Assembly: GCF_018350175.1 (NCBI RefSeq)
Contig: NC_058368.1
Location: 6,200,001-6,264,000 of the forward strand
Direction of reading: 5' to 3'
Length of the DNA: 64,000 nucleotides
Source: Felis catus
Lineage: Eukaryota
The notes beneath the pieces were generated by a model. It searched no databases. It saw only the letters and a list, made by a program, of their open reading frames with translations, and was not told where the DNA came from. Positions within the stretch are counted from its first letter, which is position 1. Each line of letters begins with the position of its first letter. Shown here piece by piece: positions 52,239-64,000 of this stretch. The position numbers and the translations under genes are program-made.

Positions 52239-52809
52239 TGAAGGGCAGGGTCCACCAGACTGGGCATGAGATCAGGGAAAGGAACGTGGTCGTTCCTCAG
52301 GGAGCAAGGCCACCGGGCAAGGCCAAACCCAGGGCCTGGGCCCCTCTACCCGCGCTGACTCCCATCGGCCCGTATCCAGGAGATGCGATGATGAATAAAG
52401 AAAGCCTAATTCCATATGGAGTTGGGAAGCAACAAAGGGAGGGCTCTCACGCACTACCACTTGCAGCAGCTTACCATACAAGAGGGGGCAGAAAGGATTT
52501 TCTTCTCGCCTGGCAACAACCCAGCCAATGAGAAGCCTCCATAACTCAGCCAATGAAAAGCTGCCACAAGGCAGCCAATGAGAAGCCGTCACAACCGGAA
52601 CTCTAGCTCTCCTCCAATGAACTTTCGTTTGGAACAATCCTGCCTAATGCCCTCCTTTCCTCTACGAGAGGACGTTCTCCTCCTTTGTTCTCGGACGTGC
52701 CGGTGGTTTGCCATGGTTTGCACGTCCTGAATTGCAGTTTCTCTGCTATTCCTGAATAATCTCATTTTTGCTGGTTAAATAACTGGCCGTTTTATTTTTA
52801 TGGTTGACA
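52239..52809 (+). mobile_element. Solo ERV1-class LTR (MER34/MER39-like)
   Basis: Ends TTTTATTTTTATGGTTGACA; R/U5-like TTGCACGTCCTGAATTGCAGTTTCTCTGCTATTCCTGAATAA; repeated CCAAT boxes; 5' boundary and TSD not resolved. Confidence 0.65.
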
Positions 52810-54614
52810 GTGGTGAGGCAGCTCCAAGACAGATGTGTGACGTTCAGACGAGAGGCGGCCTTGGAAGTGGGTTCCCAGGCTCCTGCGTCCGGGCGGCAGT
52901 GAGGACCTCGCTAAGCAGGAGGCCAGGGCTCCAGGTGACCCATTTCCTCTTTTGTGTCAGTAAGTCTCATTCCACAGCGTCCTCCGAAGCTGTCCTTGAA
53001 CACCAGCCCGGGAACGGGGAGACATGCGGTGGGTGGAATTGCTGAGCCCCTGAGCCGCAGGGGCCAGAGGACCAGCGTCAAAGCCTCTACTCTGATTCTT
53101 ACGGGCCAGAACACGGTTGCCGAACCGAGGCTTCCAGAACGGTGAGACAAATACCGCCTCTGTGTTTGGACAGCGCCCTACGATGCTGTGCTGTCTGAAG
53201 GTGACAAGAATTGGGTAAATAACTCGAGGATGTTTCCAGCTGCTCAGGCATATTTCAGGCACATCAAGAATCTTTCAGATCGTCTTCTCTGTGGGTGAAT
53301 TGGGTCATGGGGAGAACCCTTTCGTGTCACCCTCAGGGTCACGGGCAAGATCCAGTGCTTCAAGTCAAAGAATGAAATGCTCAGTTCCCGTCGTGGCCCA
53401 GGCTCTCAACCCTCACGTGTCCTGCGTCCTCAGCCTTCTCCCACCCACTGTTTCCTGGGTGCTCTGGGTTCTCATGAAACCATTTATTGGCTTGGCTTCC
53501 TCAGGAAATAAAAGATCACAGCATAACGCACTTTCCGGCAGGTCTGGTTGGTTCCGTGGAGCCTGACGGGACAAAGGGATTGCTTCGGGCCAGGCCGGGC
53601 AGCTGCTGAGTCCGGCCAAACCAGCGACCACAGCGTCCCTCAACACACCAGACCCCCTCAGGGATCTGTCCTTTCGCACACACAGTCCGTTTGCCCAGCC
53701 TGCTCACCCCTCAACCCTTCCTCTTGGCCTTGCAAACTCCGGGTCAAGCTTTAACACCCTTCCGGTTTCTTCTGTTTGCAATCCTTCCAGGCCAGCGTCC
53801 TGTTGTCCACGGCACCCCTCGTGGATTGTAATTGTTCATAGGCTTTGCCTGTCTGCCAGACCGTGAGCAATCTGTGGGTAGTCAAACCTGCTTCTTGGGG
53901 GCGGGGAGGGGGTGGCGGTTAGGTCTGGGACGGACAGGGTATCATTCTTCTGCTCCCATGACGCGTAAACCCTGAGGCTCTTGGGCAGGCAATTTCAAGG
54001 GCGGGCAGCAAGGAGGCCGTGATGGCCACTGAAGGGCAAGGCTGGCCTGTCTGAATTACCTGAGGCTCCCGGCTCAGTTCAGTAGGCCGGGGTGGCCTGG
54101 AGCAGCGCCAGGGGGGGCCCAGGAGAGAAGGGGCCTGTGGGAAGGACTCAGAGGAAACGCGGTACACAGAAGAGGTCACGAGTGAATGTTTCCCTTAGGA
54201 GCTGGCACCTCGTAGGGAGGGAGCTGCCTTTGGGAAACCGCCCATTGAAAGGCCCTTGGGTGGAAGGTGAGGCGGAGGCCACGGAGGGAGGGCAGGGTGT
54301 GGAGAGGCAGGAGGGAAGGCAGGCTAGGGAAGCAACTCGGGGGGAAGCTGTAATCAGCCCCTGTGATGGGGGAGCGCAAAGCCAGTTAAGGACTAAGATG
54401 CTTAAGTTTGCAATAGCACTGATGTCAGTTAAACCTCTTCTCTGGCTTCCCGCCACCCCAGTGGGGTGTGTGTGTGTGTGTGTGTGTGTGTGTCCAGGAA
54501 GGTGGGAGAAGAGTTTCCCTCCTGGGCCTGGAAGCAGAAGCTTAGAGGCCAGAGGCACCCCGGCACCCCGTCTCTCTGTACCCTCAAGGGCTTCCCAGAA
54601 GCTGGAAGTCTAAA

Positions 54615-54800
54615 GCAGGGGTTCTCACCCCCAGCTGTACATGATAATCACCCACAAAGCAGGTTTGAAAACGCAGTGCCTGGCGTTCACTCTCCTCCTC
54701 AGAGTCTGGCCTCAGCTGTGTGATGGGGAGCCCAAGGCATGGGTGCATTCGAAAATGCTCCCCAAGTTGTTCAAATGGGCACAAGGGTTGAGGACCACTG
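54615..54800. mobile_element. MER5-like DNA transposon
   Basis: GCAGGGGTTCTCACCC...TTGAGGACCACTG inverted ends. Confidence 0.7.
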
Positions 54801-54854
54801 ATCTGAAGGAGTGACTCAAGAAGGAAGTGGGGGTGGGGGTGGGGGCGGGGGGTG

Positions 54855-55043
54855 GGGGAGCCTGGATGGCTCAGTTGGTTAATCATCCAACTCGTGGTGT
54901 TGGCTCAGGTCATGATCTCACGGTTCGTGAATTTGAGCCCCATGTCTGGCCCTGCGCTGACAGGCTTGGGACTCTGTCTCTTTTCCTCTCCCTCTGCCCC
55001 TTACCTGCTCGCTCTCTCAAAATAAATAAGCTTTAAAAAAAAC
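54855..55043 (+). mobile_element. SINEC
   Basis: GGGGAGCCTGGATGGCTCAGTTGGTTAA head, A tail. Confidence 0.88.
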
Positions 55044-56189
55044 AAAGGAAGGGAGGGGTTCCGTGCGGCCTCCAAATGGGGAGTGGGAAGCAGGGTAGGG
55101 GGCTCAGGGAGGCAGAGAGCTGGCCATCCCCGAGGAAGGAATTTCTGGGGACGTGCAGGGACCAGGGGACCCAGCACTCAAAAGGCTATCAGTGATAGCC
55201 TTTGTGTCTCCAGCTCCAGCCCTGTGTCTGCAGGCCGCTAAGGGAGCTCAAGTGCTGACTCATTGGAACTGTGCAGTATCACATAAAGTAGCTGTGAGCT
55301 CCCCTGTAGCAGATAAGGACAGAGGAGCGTGGAGAGACGGCACCCGGCACCCAGGTTGGTTAACTGCAGGGCAAGGATTTCAGCCCAGTCTTCTACCTGC
55401 CCTGGGCGCCCGCTGCCCACCCTACAGAGCTGCACAAGGGAGCTGGGCCAGATCCTGCTTTTCCGCTGTTGCCCAAAGCTCTGGTCTTGGTGTTTTCTTT
55501 TCTGTGGCCTTAAAACGATCGCCATGTTCAGTCTGTATTCTAGCTCATGGAAATGAGAATAGAATCTTGGTTGCATAAGGCTATAAATCTCATGCTATTC
55601 ACTCCTAATTGTGCTGGGGGGGGGGGGGCCGGGAGGCATAGACATTCCAATACATAAAATTCACAAGTAATCACCGAATGTAGGAATTGCCAGGGACTCT
55701 ATTGGCAGACCTCTCCAGACCCTGGAGTTCACAAACACTAAACAAAACGGGGCCAAGAGGGCGCCAAAGAAAAGAAGTGAATGGCTTGAATCAAATTCCC
55801 AGTCCCCAACCCAAAGATTTGGATTCCAGGCTGCACTCAGGAATCTATATTTTAAATTCCCCTCATGATTCTGATGCTCTAAGACTTGGGAACCAGTGGT
55901 GGGCATGGCCCCGTGAACTGGAGAATCAAGCTTTGCATCCCATAAGCCGGTGGCCTAGACTACACAGAGAAGAGGAAAGAGCCCCCACTGGGAGCCAGGA
56001 CTCTGAATTCCAGTTTGCTTGTACTGGGTGGACAGGCTAACAGTCACCAGCGTCCAGACCCTCCCTTTGGTTTTCTTATCTGTGAAATACAAAAATTGGA
56101 CAAAATAATCCCCAAACCTTTCCTGTGATGGATTTATCTGATTCTGTGAGAGTCGAATTTCTTATTCAGGAAAGGTAAGAATATTTTTT

Positions 56190-56411
56190 TTTAAATTTTT
56201 TTTTTCAACGTTTATTTATTTTTTTGGGGACAGAGAGAGACAGAGCATGAATGGGGGAGGGGCAGAGAGAGAGGGAGACACAGAATCGGAAACAGGCTCC
56301 AGGCTCTGAGCCATCAGCCCAGAGCCCGACGCGGGGCTCGAACTCCCGGACCGCGAGATTGTGACCTGGCTGAAGTCGGACGCTCAACCGACTGTGCCAC
56401 CCAGGCGCCCC
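56190..56411 (-). mobile_element. Young SINEC_Fc with ~20-bp TSD
   Basis: TSD GAAAGGTAAGAATATTTTTT on both sides. Confidence 0.94.
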
Positions 56412-56655
56412 AAGAAAGGTAAGAATATTTTTAAAGGAATGGGGATCAATTCTCCAAAGGGGGGTTGCCATAATTTTAGTATCTCTTCCTAAATCTGCTT
56501 AGGAAATTTGGCAAGTCCTTCCAGCCAGCTCTCTGATCTTCCTTCCTTCCCATCACAGGGACCCTTAATGCCAGTGACCCGTGGGCCTTCCTTCCACTTC
56601 TCGCCCGACTCTCAGAAATCTCCCCTCTGGCTCTTGCTTTCTTTCCCGGAAACCC

Positions 56656-56835
56656 CAGAGTGGCAGTTTTCAATCCTGGCTGTGTATTAGGATCACCTGG
56701 GAAGCTCTTCCGTATTATCGGCACTCAGGCCTTACCCCCAGACAACTGAATCCAAATTTGGGGGGTGTGGCTTAGGCATCTGCATTTGTAAAGCTCCCCG
56801 GTGGATTGCAATGCATGGGAAAGTTGGAGCAGCTC
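56656..56835. mobile_element. MER5-like DNA transposon
   Basis: CAGTTTTCAATCCTGGCTGTGTATTAGGATCACCTGGGAAGCT...GGCATCTGCATTTGTAAAGCTCCCCGG. Confidence 0.75.
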
Positions 56836-57261
56836 CCCAGAGCTGGTGGGAAAGCAGGGGTGATAGGTCTCAAGGTACCTCTTTATTCAAGTCAGAGAGC
56901 GAAAGCGTAGGGTTGAATTTACAGTATTCCTAGTCTTCTCTGCCTAGACCTACGTGCCAGTATTTTAGGTACACCACATCGGTATCCACAGGAGCAAGCA
57001 TCAAATACACTATGGAAGTGAAATGAAAATACCAGGCCACCTAGCACCACCCTACACCCACCGGTGGACCTGAGTCTGGTCTCCCAGTTCCAGTTTTCCC
57101 ATTTGCAAAGCGAGCCCAGCATTTCCCTCTGACCTTACAGGGTTGGGAGGTGAATCCTATGATGTAATGCACGTGAATTGGCCTTGTAAACTATGAAGCA
57201 CTCCACAAATTGAATGGGTTTAAGCACCTTGCATGTGGAAGGAGTTCACTTGTTCAACAAA

Positions 57262-58320
57262 AATATGTCGGTTCTTTCCCAGTTAATGCATGGATTCCAT
57301 GCAATATTAATCCCAATCAAGATGCCAGCAGGCTTCTTTACAGAAGTCAACAAACTGATTCTCAAATTTGCATGGAAATGCCAAGGACCCTGAAGAGTCC
57401 AAACAGTTTTGAGAAAGCAGTACAGACTTGGAGGACTCACACTCCCTGGTTATAAAGCCACAGCAATCAAGATAGCGTATGAGGGGCGCCTGGGTGGCTC
57501 AGTCGGTTGAGCGTCCGACTTCAGCTCAGGTCATGAACTCACAGTTTGTGAGTTCGAGCCCCGCATCAGGCTCTGTGCTGATGGCTCTGAGCCTGGAGCC
57601 TGCTTCGGATTCCGTGTCTCCCTGTCTCTCTGCCCCTTCCCTGCTCATGCTCTGTCTCTGTCTCTCAAAAATAAATAAATGTTAAAATAAAATAAAATAA
57701 AAAGAAGATAGTGTACGAGTGTAAAGATAGGCGAGTAGTTCAATGAAATGAAATCCCAAAATAGATCCACATATATATGGCCATGTGACTTGCTACAAAC
57801 CGGTAAGACAATTTGATGGAGAAAGGATAATCTTTGGACAAATGATACTGGAACAACTAGATAGCCATCGTTGAGATATATCTATGTGCATGTATATACA
57901 TATGTCTCCTAGGAAAGAAGAAATAAATTATAAAATTATGGCATTTCCATACAGTGGAATACTATTCGAAAGAAAAAAGGCATGAACTAGAGACATATAC
58001 ATTCGCGTGGATGCCTCACTAAAATATCATACTAAGTGAAAGAAGCCAGACACAAAGGCTGCACATTATTTGATTTCACTTCTGTGAAATTCCGCAAAAA
58101 AAGAAAAAGAAAAAGAACTATAGTGATAGAAAGCAGATCAGATAGAAACCTGCCAAGAGTCAGGGGGTGGGAGGCGGGGATTGAATATAGAGGGGCTTAA
58201 GGGAACTTTGGGGAGATGGACATATTCTATATCAAGATTACACAACTGTATACATCGATCAAAACTCACTGAGTTAAAAATGGTGAGCTTCATTGCATGT
58301 AGGTTCTGTTTCAAAAGCTG
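57262..58320 (+). mobile_element. Old L1M fragments interrupted by SINE
   Basis: ATTCCATGCAATATTAATCCCAATCAAGATGCCAGCAGG (ORF2); CTAAGTGAAAGAAGCCAGACACAAA (3'UTR). Confidence 0.85.
57483..57702 (+). mobile_element. SINEC_Fc
   Basis: TSD AAGATAGYGTAYGAG. Confidence 0.93.
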
Positions 58321-58329
58321 ACAAAATTG

Positions 58330-59740
58330 TTGGAGTCTTTGGCTTGCCAGGCACTGTGCTGGGCACACCAAGGTGAATCAGACATGGGCCCTACCTGCAA
58401 GCACTTGCAAATAAGTGCGACACATTGCTGAAAGTGCTGTGATAGGGACTGCACGCGGAACTTCCTCTTCTGCGAGGTTGATTCTCACCAGGGGAGGGGG
58501 AGCAGGCTAGATGCTATCAGAGCCAAGTCTTGAAAGATAGGTAGCTATTTGCCAAGTAATAAAGGAGAGAAAAGCAGTTCTAAGCAGCAAGAGCCAAAGA
58601 ACAGAACCTCGCAAGCTGGAAATAGCCAGACACATTCCAGGAAACGCAAGTGGCCGGTCAAAACAGAAGTTTCCAGGAAGAGCATGTCCAGAGATGAAGA
58701 TGTTGAAGGGTCTCATACCACATGCTCGGGCGCTCAAGTTTCATCCTATAAACAAAGAGAAACTACTGAATAGTTTTGAGCTGTAATAAACAGGTTCAGT
58801 TTGGTGTTTTATAAATATTAGTCTGGAAGACAGATTGAAGGGTGGTAGCAGCTAGATCGAAGGCTAAGAAGCCAATTAAGAGACGATTGCAGTCACTCAG
58901 ATAAGATAAACCGTGGGTTTTGTTCTGTGGGGTAACGTCGAGGCAAGGGTCATGAGACATATTAAGGCAGCATAGCTGGATGTGTTGGAGGGTGCCGCGT
59001 AAGAGAATGACGGAGAGTCAGACAGGACTCCTTGGATCCCAGCTTGGGTGACTGCTGGTGACATTTTTCAAGATGGCAGATGCAAGGAAGAGCAAGCGTG
59101 GGAGGGAAAGCTGAGTTCGGGTTGGTGCATGGTTAGCTTTTGTACAGCCCATTCTAGTAGAGTGTCTACAAGGAAACTGAACACCCAAGAGGAAAATTCA
59201 GAAGAGATCTAGACGGGATGTACGGTTCAAAGTAACGCACACACAGATGGCAGCTGAAGCCAAGGAGTGAACGAGGGTGATCACACAGAAGGGCAAGGAG
59301 GGCTTGTAGTTATGGAAGGGAGGAGCAGAGAGCAGGAAGCCTTGATGGAAACTAATAAATAACGGCCAAAGAGGTGGAGGTGGGCCAGGAGAATGTAGTG
59401 CAGAGAAGCAAAGGAACAAGCGATCTTTTAGAGAAAGGGATGGTCCACACCATCAAATGCCACCTCTAAGTCAGTCATGATGAAGACAGGAGAGTCCGTT
59501 AGAATCGCCAAACAGGAGATCGTTGTGGTGGTGGGGCAGGGCCCGGCTGTGGAAGGCCAAGCAATGAATGGGAAGGACACAGAGACAGTGAGCAGGCAGT
59601 TTGGGTCTGAAATGGAAGACAGAGGAAAGAGCGGGTTGCTAGGGAGAGCTGGGAGATCCAAGTATTTGTTTTTAAAAATATTGAAGAGGTTCGTCAAATT
59701 TAACAGGCTGTTGAGGAAAAGTCAGTGGAGTAGAAGTTGA
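58330..59740 (-). mobile_element. Long L2 remnant
   Basis: TGCCAGGCACTGTGCTGGGCAC..., purine-rich degenerate L2 body. Confidence 0.65.
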
Positions 59741-59863
59741 CACCATAGCAAGTTCTTTCTGGCTCTCCCGAGGCATAGTTCGGGGCTCCTCCAGCTAGTG
59801 CCCACTCTACCCTCTCACACTTTCCATCAAAGCAATAATCACGTCACAGTAGAATTTGCTTGC

Positions 59864-59975
59864 TGTGATATTGTGATTTATAAGAAATGCATCATTCAGA
59901 TGACCAAGGTATATTTGTCGTATGTATTTGGTCTTTGTCCGCAGTTCCTGGCTCGCAGCTCGCAAGACTCTTGGT
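59864..59975 (+). mobile_element. MER21-like LTR 5' fragment
   Basis: TGTGATATTGTGATTTATAAGAAAT...TATTTGGTCTTTGTCCGCAGTTCCTGGCTCGCAGCTC. Confidence 0.6.
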
Positions 59976-60044
59976 CTCTTTCTATTCTGTGTCTTTACGC
60001 CTGGCTCTTCCGAGCCTCAGGGTCTCAGAAATCGATTGAATGCC

Positions 60045-60170
60045 TGGATTTTGAAGCCAGTTAAACCCTGGACTCAAATTCCAGGTCTGCCACTTGCCAG
60101 CTACTAGCTGCTGTCCTTGGGCAAGTTACTTAACCTCTTGAAGCATCAGTCTCATTATTTACACCACGGG
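60045..60170 (+). mobile_element. MIR
   Basis: TCAAATTCCAGGTCTGCCACTT...CCTTGGGCAAGTTACTTAACCTCT. Confidence 0.8.
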
Positions 60171-60384
60171 GGTGCTGAGGGCGGTGGCGGCGTGAAGGTG
60201 GGAGGATAAGTAATAATGTTCAGAAATTCCAACGAGACCATGGATACCAAAACCATTGCTGGTTTTTGAAAACATAGACTCAGAAATTCTCTTACAACCT
60301 AGATCTACTTGAACCCTGATGAACAGATTCACACCCCCTTTAGAAACCGGGATGCCAAATTATTAGCTCACGATAAGAATGCCA

Positions 60385-60589
60385 CCTGGGGTCTCAGTCG
60401 GTTGAGCGTCCGACTTTGGCTCAGGTCATGATCTCGTGCTCCGTGAGTTCAAGCCCTGCATCAGGCTCTGTGCTCACAGCTCAGAGCCTGGAGCCTGCTT
60501 CGGATTCTGTGTCTCCCTCTCTCTCTGGCCCTCCCCCCGTTCATGCTCTTTCTCTGTCTCAAAAATAAATAAATGTTTAAAAAAAAAAA
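60385..60589 (+). mobile_element. SINEC_Fc
   Basis: TSD AAGAATGCCA. Confidence 0.92.
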
Positions 60590-62324
60590 GAATGCCAAGC
60601 AGACCAGGCACCATGATACCGCGCCCCCCCCCCCCGCCTCCTCCCTGGGGACAGTGCCAGGGACACACTGAGAAATTCTCATTACCCACCTCACATTTTT
60701 TAGGTTCTGTTATGACTATTATGCCCGTTTCTGCCATGTCATTTTGGCTTCTTTTCACAGCATGTCACATTTCCAAGTTAATTCACACTGAGCTATGACA
60801 GCGAAAGTCTCCTTATTTTAAACCTGCAGTCAAAGAGGGTGACCCTCCCCCGAACTTTGAGTCCAAGATCTCCGGCTCTGTCTTACTTCGAGAACTGCAC
60901 AGCCCCCACCCGACACCCTCCCTCCCACCCCGCTCCAGTCCATTGACGACACTGTTTATCCTCAAAGGAAAGAAAAACGGGTTTTTATTTATGGGCCAGA
61001 TGATGTACCATATAGAGTTGCAAAGCATTCCCCACTGGAAGTCTCGGCAGCCGAGAGCCAAGTGCATTAGTCAAAGGCACTATTGATACGAGGGAACAGA
61101 ACCAGTGTCCTCAGCTGCCCTGAGAATGTCTTTCCTGAGGTATTTGTCTGGGAGTAGGTCTGACATTTCTGACATTTGCAAGGGAGCCTGTGGGACTGTC
61201 GTCTTAAGCAAGGAAGCAGCTGGTCGCCTTCTCCCACCAGCAGCCCTGAAACGTTGTGAAATTCTGTTGTTTTCCACAGCGAGTGCAGGGGCCCTGAGAG
61301 ATGTGACAGTGGGTCATTACGGAACGCTTAAATCACACCTGGTTCCGGGACCCAAGCGCGGGCCAAGCATGCTCTTTTCCGTCCTCCCCTCTGTCTTTCT
61401 GTCTCTCTCTCTCTCCCATCCTCCCTTGAACTTTCCTTGCGTGTGTGTACCTACACAGAACTTTAATAAAACCTATAATGAAGGGTAAATATGTTTAGGA
61501 TAAGACGCACTTCTGTTGTAACTCCTTTTAAATTAAATAAAAATTCCGAAAGGTCAGGAATGTATCACAGGAGTATCAGGAAAGAGCAAACCTCAAACAT
61601 CTTATTTGAGAAAAGAAACTTCAGCTCTGGTTTTAGGGTTACAGTCCCCACAGAGGTAAGTTTCACGTTAGCCTCAGATTCCAGTGATGGTGGCTGTGTT
61701 CAGCTGGGTTGTTCCTTTGTTCCTAAGTAGGGAGGTACAGAGTGCATTGTATCTGGGGGGTCGTGTTTCCCCAAGTTCATAATGTGCTTTCTTGCCCAGT
61801 TCTGGCTTGGGATGACTGCGCTGCTCTCATGGGTAACGGGATTGAGCGATCTTCTAAAACACAGGGGTTACCATCACAAGTCTCAGCAGGGGCAATGATG
61901 AAACTTCTAAGGCATTAAATACAACAACCCAAAGAAATACCCTAACGAAGGTGTGGCTTTCCGACGTCAGTTAAAATGATTTCTTCCTTAAGGATACCTC
62001 TCGGGGGTTTTGTTGTTGTCATTTGACCTAATTTCCTTCAGTTGCTGAGATATGGAGGGGGTGCTTGTTAGCTCAGTTGAGGCAGGTAGGTCAGGGAATT
62101 TCTTAACTCTCTCCTCTGAGTCCATGTAGCGATGCTTCCAACATCCCGTCCTCACAATCCTGCCTCCTCCACACCCTCCATATCCCCTCCTGGCTCCGTG
62201 ACGCCTGGACCTCCCTAAACCTTGTATCTGCTTCCTCTCCCTTACCCCCAACTCCTATCTCTCTACCGTAACCCACTTTTCAATCCCCCTGCGTAGAAAC
62301 ATGCTTACCTTCTCCATCTTCACA

Positions 62325-62452
62325 GAGGTGAAGGGTTTCACAACCGGCTGGGCGTGAGGGCAGGTGGTTGATCGGTAGCATTTGCCGATGTCTGCAGTGT
62401 AAACACATCCACCGTGGGAGTGTGTCAAGCCAGTTGAACAAGAAGCGTGCAT
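62325..62452. mobile_element. MER63-like hAT fragment within L2 sequence
   Basis: TTTCACAACCGGCT...GTAGCATTTGCCGATGTCTGCAGTGTAAACACATCCACCGTGG; recalled similarity. Confidence 0.55.
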
Positions 62453-62802
62453 AATCTCTGAAAATTTAAAGCAGCTCTCCCAGAGGTAGGAGGTTTCTGG
62501 GGCATCACTGAAGCCTTCCCCTTAGCTCTGGCCTTAACTTGAACTATCTTTCTCCTTCTATTTGTTGTAGAACTTCTCAAGGAGCAGTCCACAATCATTG
62601 CTTGTGTCTCCCAGTGCCGTAGTCTCTCTTGGGCCTTTACAATCTGGGTTTTACCTCTTCAAGATCCTTAGGAATTTTGTGGTTGTTGTTGTGACTACGA
62701 AAGCTATCCGTGTGGAATCCAAAAGCAAAAAAAAAAAAAAAAAAAAAAAAAGAATCCATCAAGAAAAATGAGTAAAAGTATAAAAGAGATACCATAAATG
62801 AG

Positions 62803-63017
62803 GTTTTTTAAATGTTTATTTATTTTTGAGAAGGAGAGAGAGAGAGACAGAGTGCGAGCAGGGGAGAGGCAGAGAGAGAGGGAGACAGAATCCGAAACAG
62901 GCTCCAGGCTCTGAGCCATCAGCACAGAGCCCAACGTGGGGCTCGAACCCACGAACCGTGAGATCATGACCTGAATCGAAGTCGGACGCCCAACCGACTG
63001 AGCCACCCAGGTGCCCC
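62803..63017 (-). mobile_element. SINEC_Fc
   Basis: TSD TACCAT(A/C)AATGAG. Confidence 0.93.
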
Positions 63018-63149
63018 TACCATCAATGAGCTTTGAATTGGAAACTGACACTCTTGTTCCTTGTTTTCTTTGGCCTTTGCACCACTGGTCGCTAGTGACC
63101 TCCCCCTCTACCAAGAACTCTTTTTTCTTCTTTTCCTTTTTTTTCTGGC

Positions 63150-63720
63150 ATTTTTCAGGTTGGATTATGGTTGACACAATGCTACATTCATTTCAGGCAC
63201 ATGACGTAGTGATACTACAAACTATGCATGATTTTGTGCTCACCACAAGTGTAGCTGCTGTCCGTCGCCATGCAGCACTACGACGATATCATAGACTATA
63301 TTCCCTATGATGTGCCTTTCATCCCTGTGACTTACTCACCCCATAACCGGAAGCCCGTCCCTCCTGCTCCCCTTTGCCCGTTTTGCCGATCCCCCCACCC
63401 CCTCCTCTCTGGCAACCATCAGTCAGTTTGTTCTCCATATCTGCAGGTCGGTTTCTGGGTTTTGTTTTGCATGTTTTCTTTGGTATTTCTCTTTCTATGT
63501 CTGATTTCTTTCACGTAGCATAATACCCTCTAGGACTATCCATGTTGTTGCAAATAGCAAGATCTCATCCTTTTTTAGGGCTACGTGATATTCCATCGTA
63601 TATACATACAACCTCTCCTTTATTCACGCATCTACGCGTGGACACTTGGGCTGCTTCCATATCTTGGTTATTGTAATTAATGCTGCAGTAAACATGGGGG
63701 TACATGTATCTTTTTGAATT
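63150..63720 (-). mobile_element. Carnivore L1 3' end
   Basis: Minus ORF reads KDTCTPMFTAALITITKIWKQPKCP (ORF2p C-terminus); AGCATAATACCCTCTAGG. Confidence 0.88.
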
Positions 63721-64000
63721 AGGAGGTCTCCTTTCATTGGCTGCAGCTTCCTGTCCTTCTCCGATATGCCTTCCTCATCTCTCACCTCCTCTTCCCCTGT
63801 CCCCACAATGTCCACATCCCCAGAGCTCTCCTCCATCCTCTCCTCTTCCCTTCATCATCTCCATCAACCTTGACATTGGTGATTCACAGGCAGATCTTTC
63901 TACCCGAGATCTCTCTTCTATGCTCCGGTTCAGTATCCCAGTGGCCTGAAGTTTCTTTCCTCCGAAAAATGTGAATGGTCCGGAATAGACTCTACCAGCT

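Noticed and set aside
51406..52637. Stack of 120-240-aa ORFs on both strands
   Set aside because: They span an L1 fragment, a GC-rich segment and an LTR; open frames on both strands reflect GC content.

Overview
This is mammalian genomic DNA, almost certainly from a felid, judging by about 27 SINEC_Fc/Can-SINE-type tRNA-derived SINEs and carnivore L1 3' ends. Bases 1 to ~33.2 kb hold the 3' part of CDK8 (Mediator kinase) on the + strand. The window opens inside the long intron 4. Coding exons 5-13 all have GT-AG boundaries and splice into an intact frame ([26 protein letters not shown]...YSHQTHRY*), followed by a ~1.15 kb 3'UTR with tandem AATAAA signals. The rest is intergenic, becomes progressively more GC/CpG-rich, and is dense in repeats: SINEC, L1, L2, MIR, MER DNA transposons, LTRs and a 1.35 kb compound (GATA)n array. 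No other protein-coding gene is supported, and nearly all ORF-track entries are repeat or low-complexity artefacts. I found no convincing new gene system. The most interesting signals are small-scale: a GAG/AAG tandem acceptor at exon 12, a stop-free intron 11, an alternative frame in the last exon, a CArG/ETS/octamer cluster before exon 5, a SINE triplet with a duplicated spacer, a tail-only retro-insertion, template-switch scars, a solo LTR with 25-bp-phased CCAAT boxes, and higher-order structure in the GATA array. Exon numbers follow recalled human CDK8 structure. Repeat family names come from recall of consensus sequences, and repeat boundaries are approximate.
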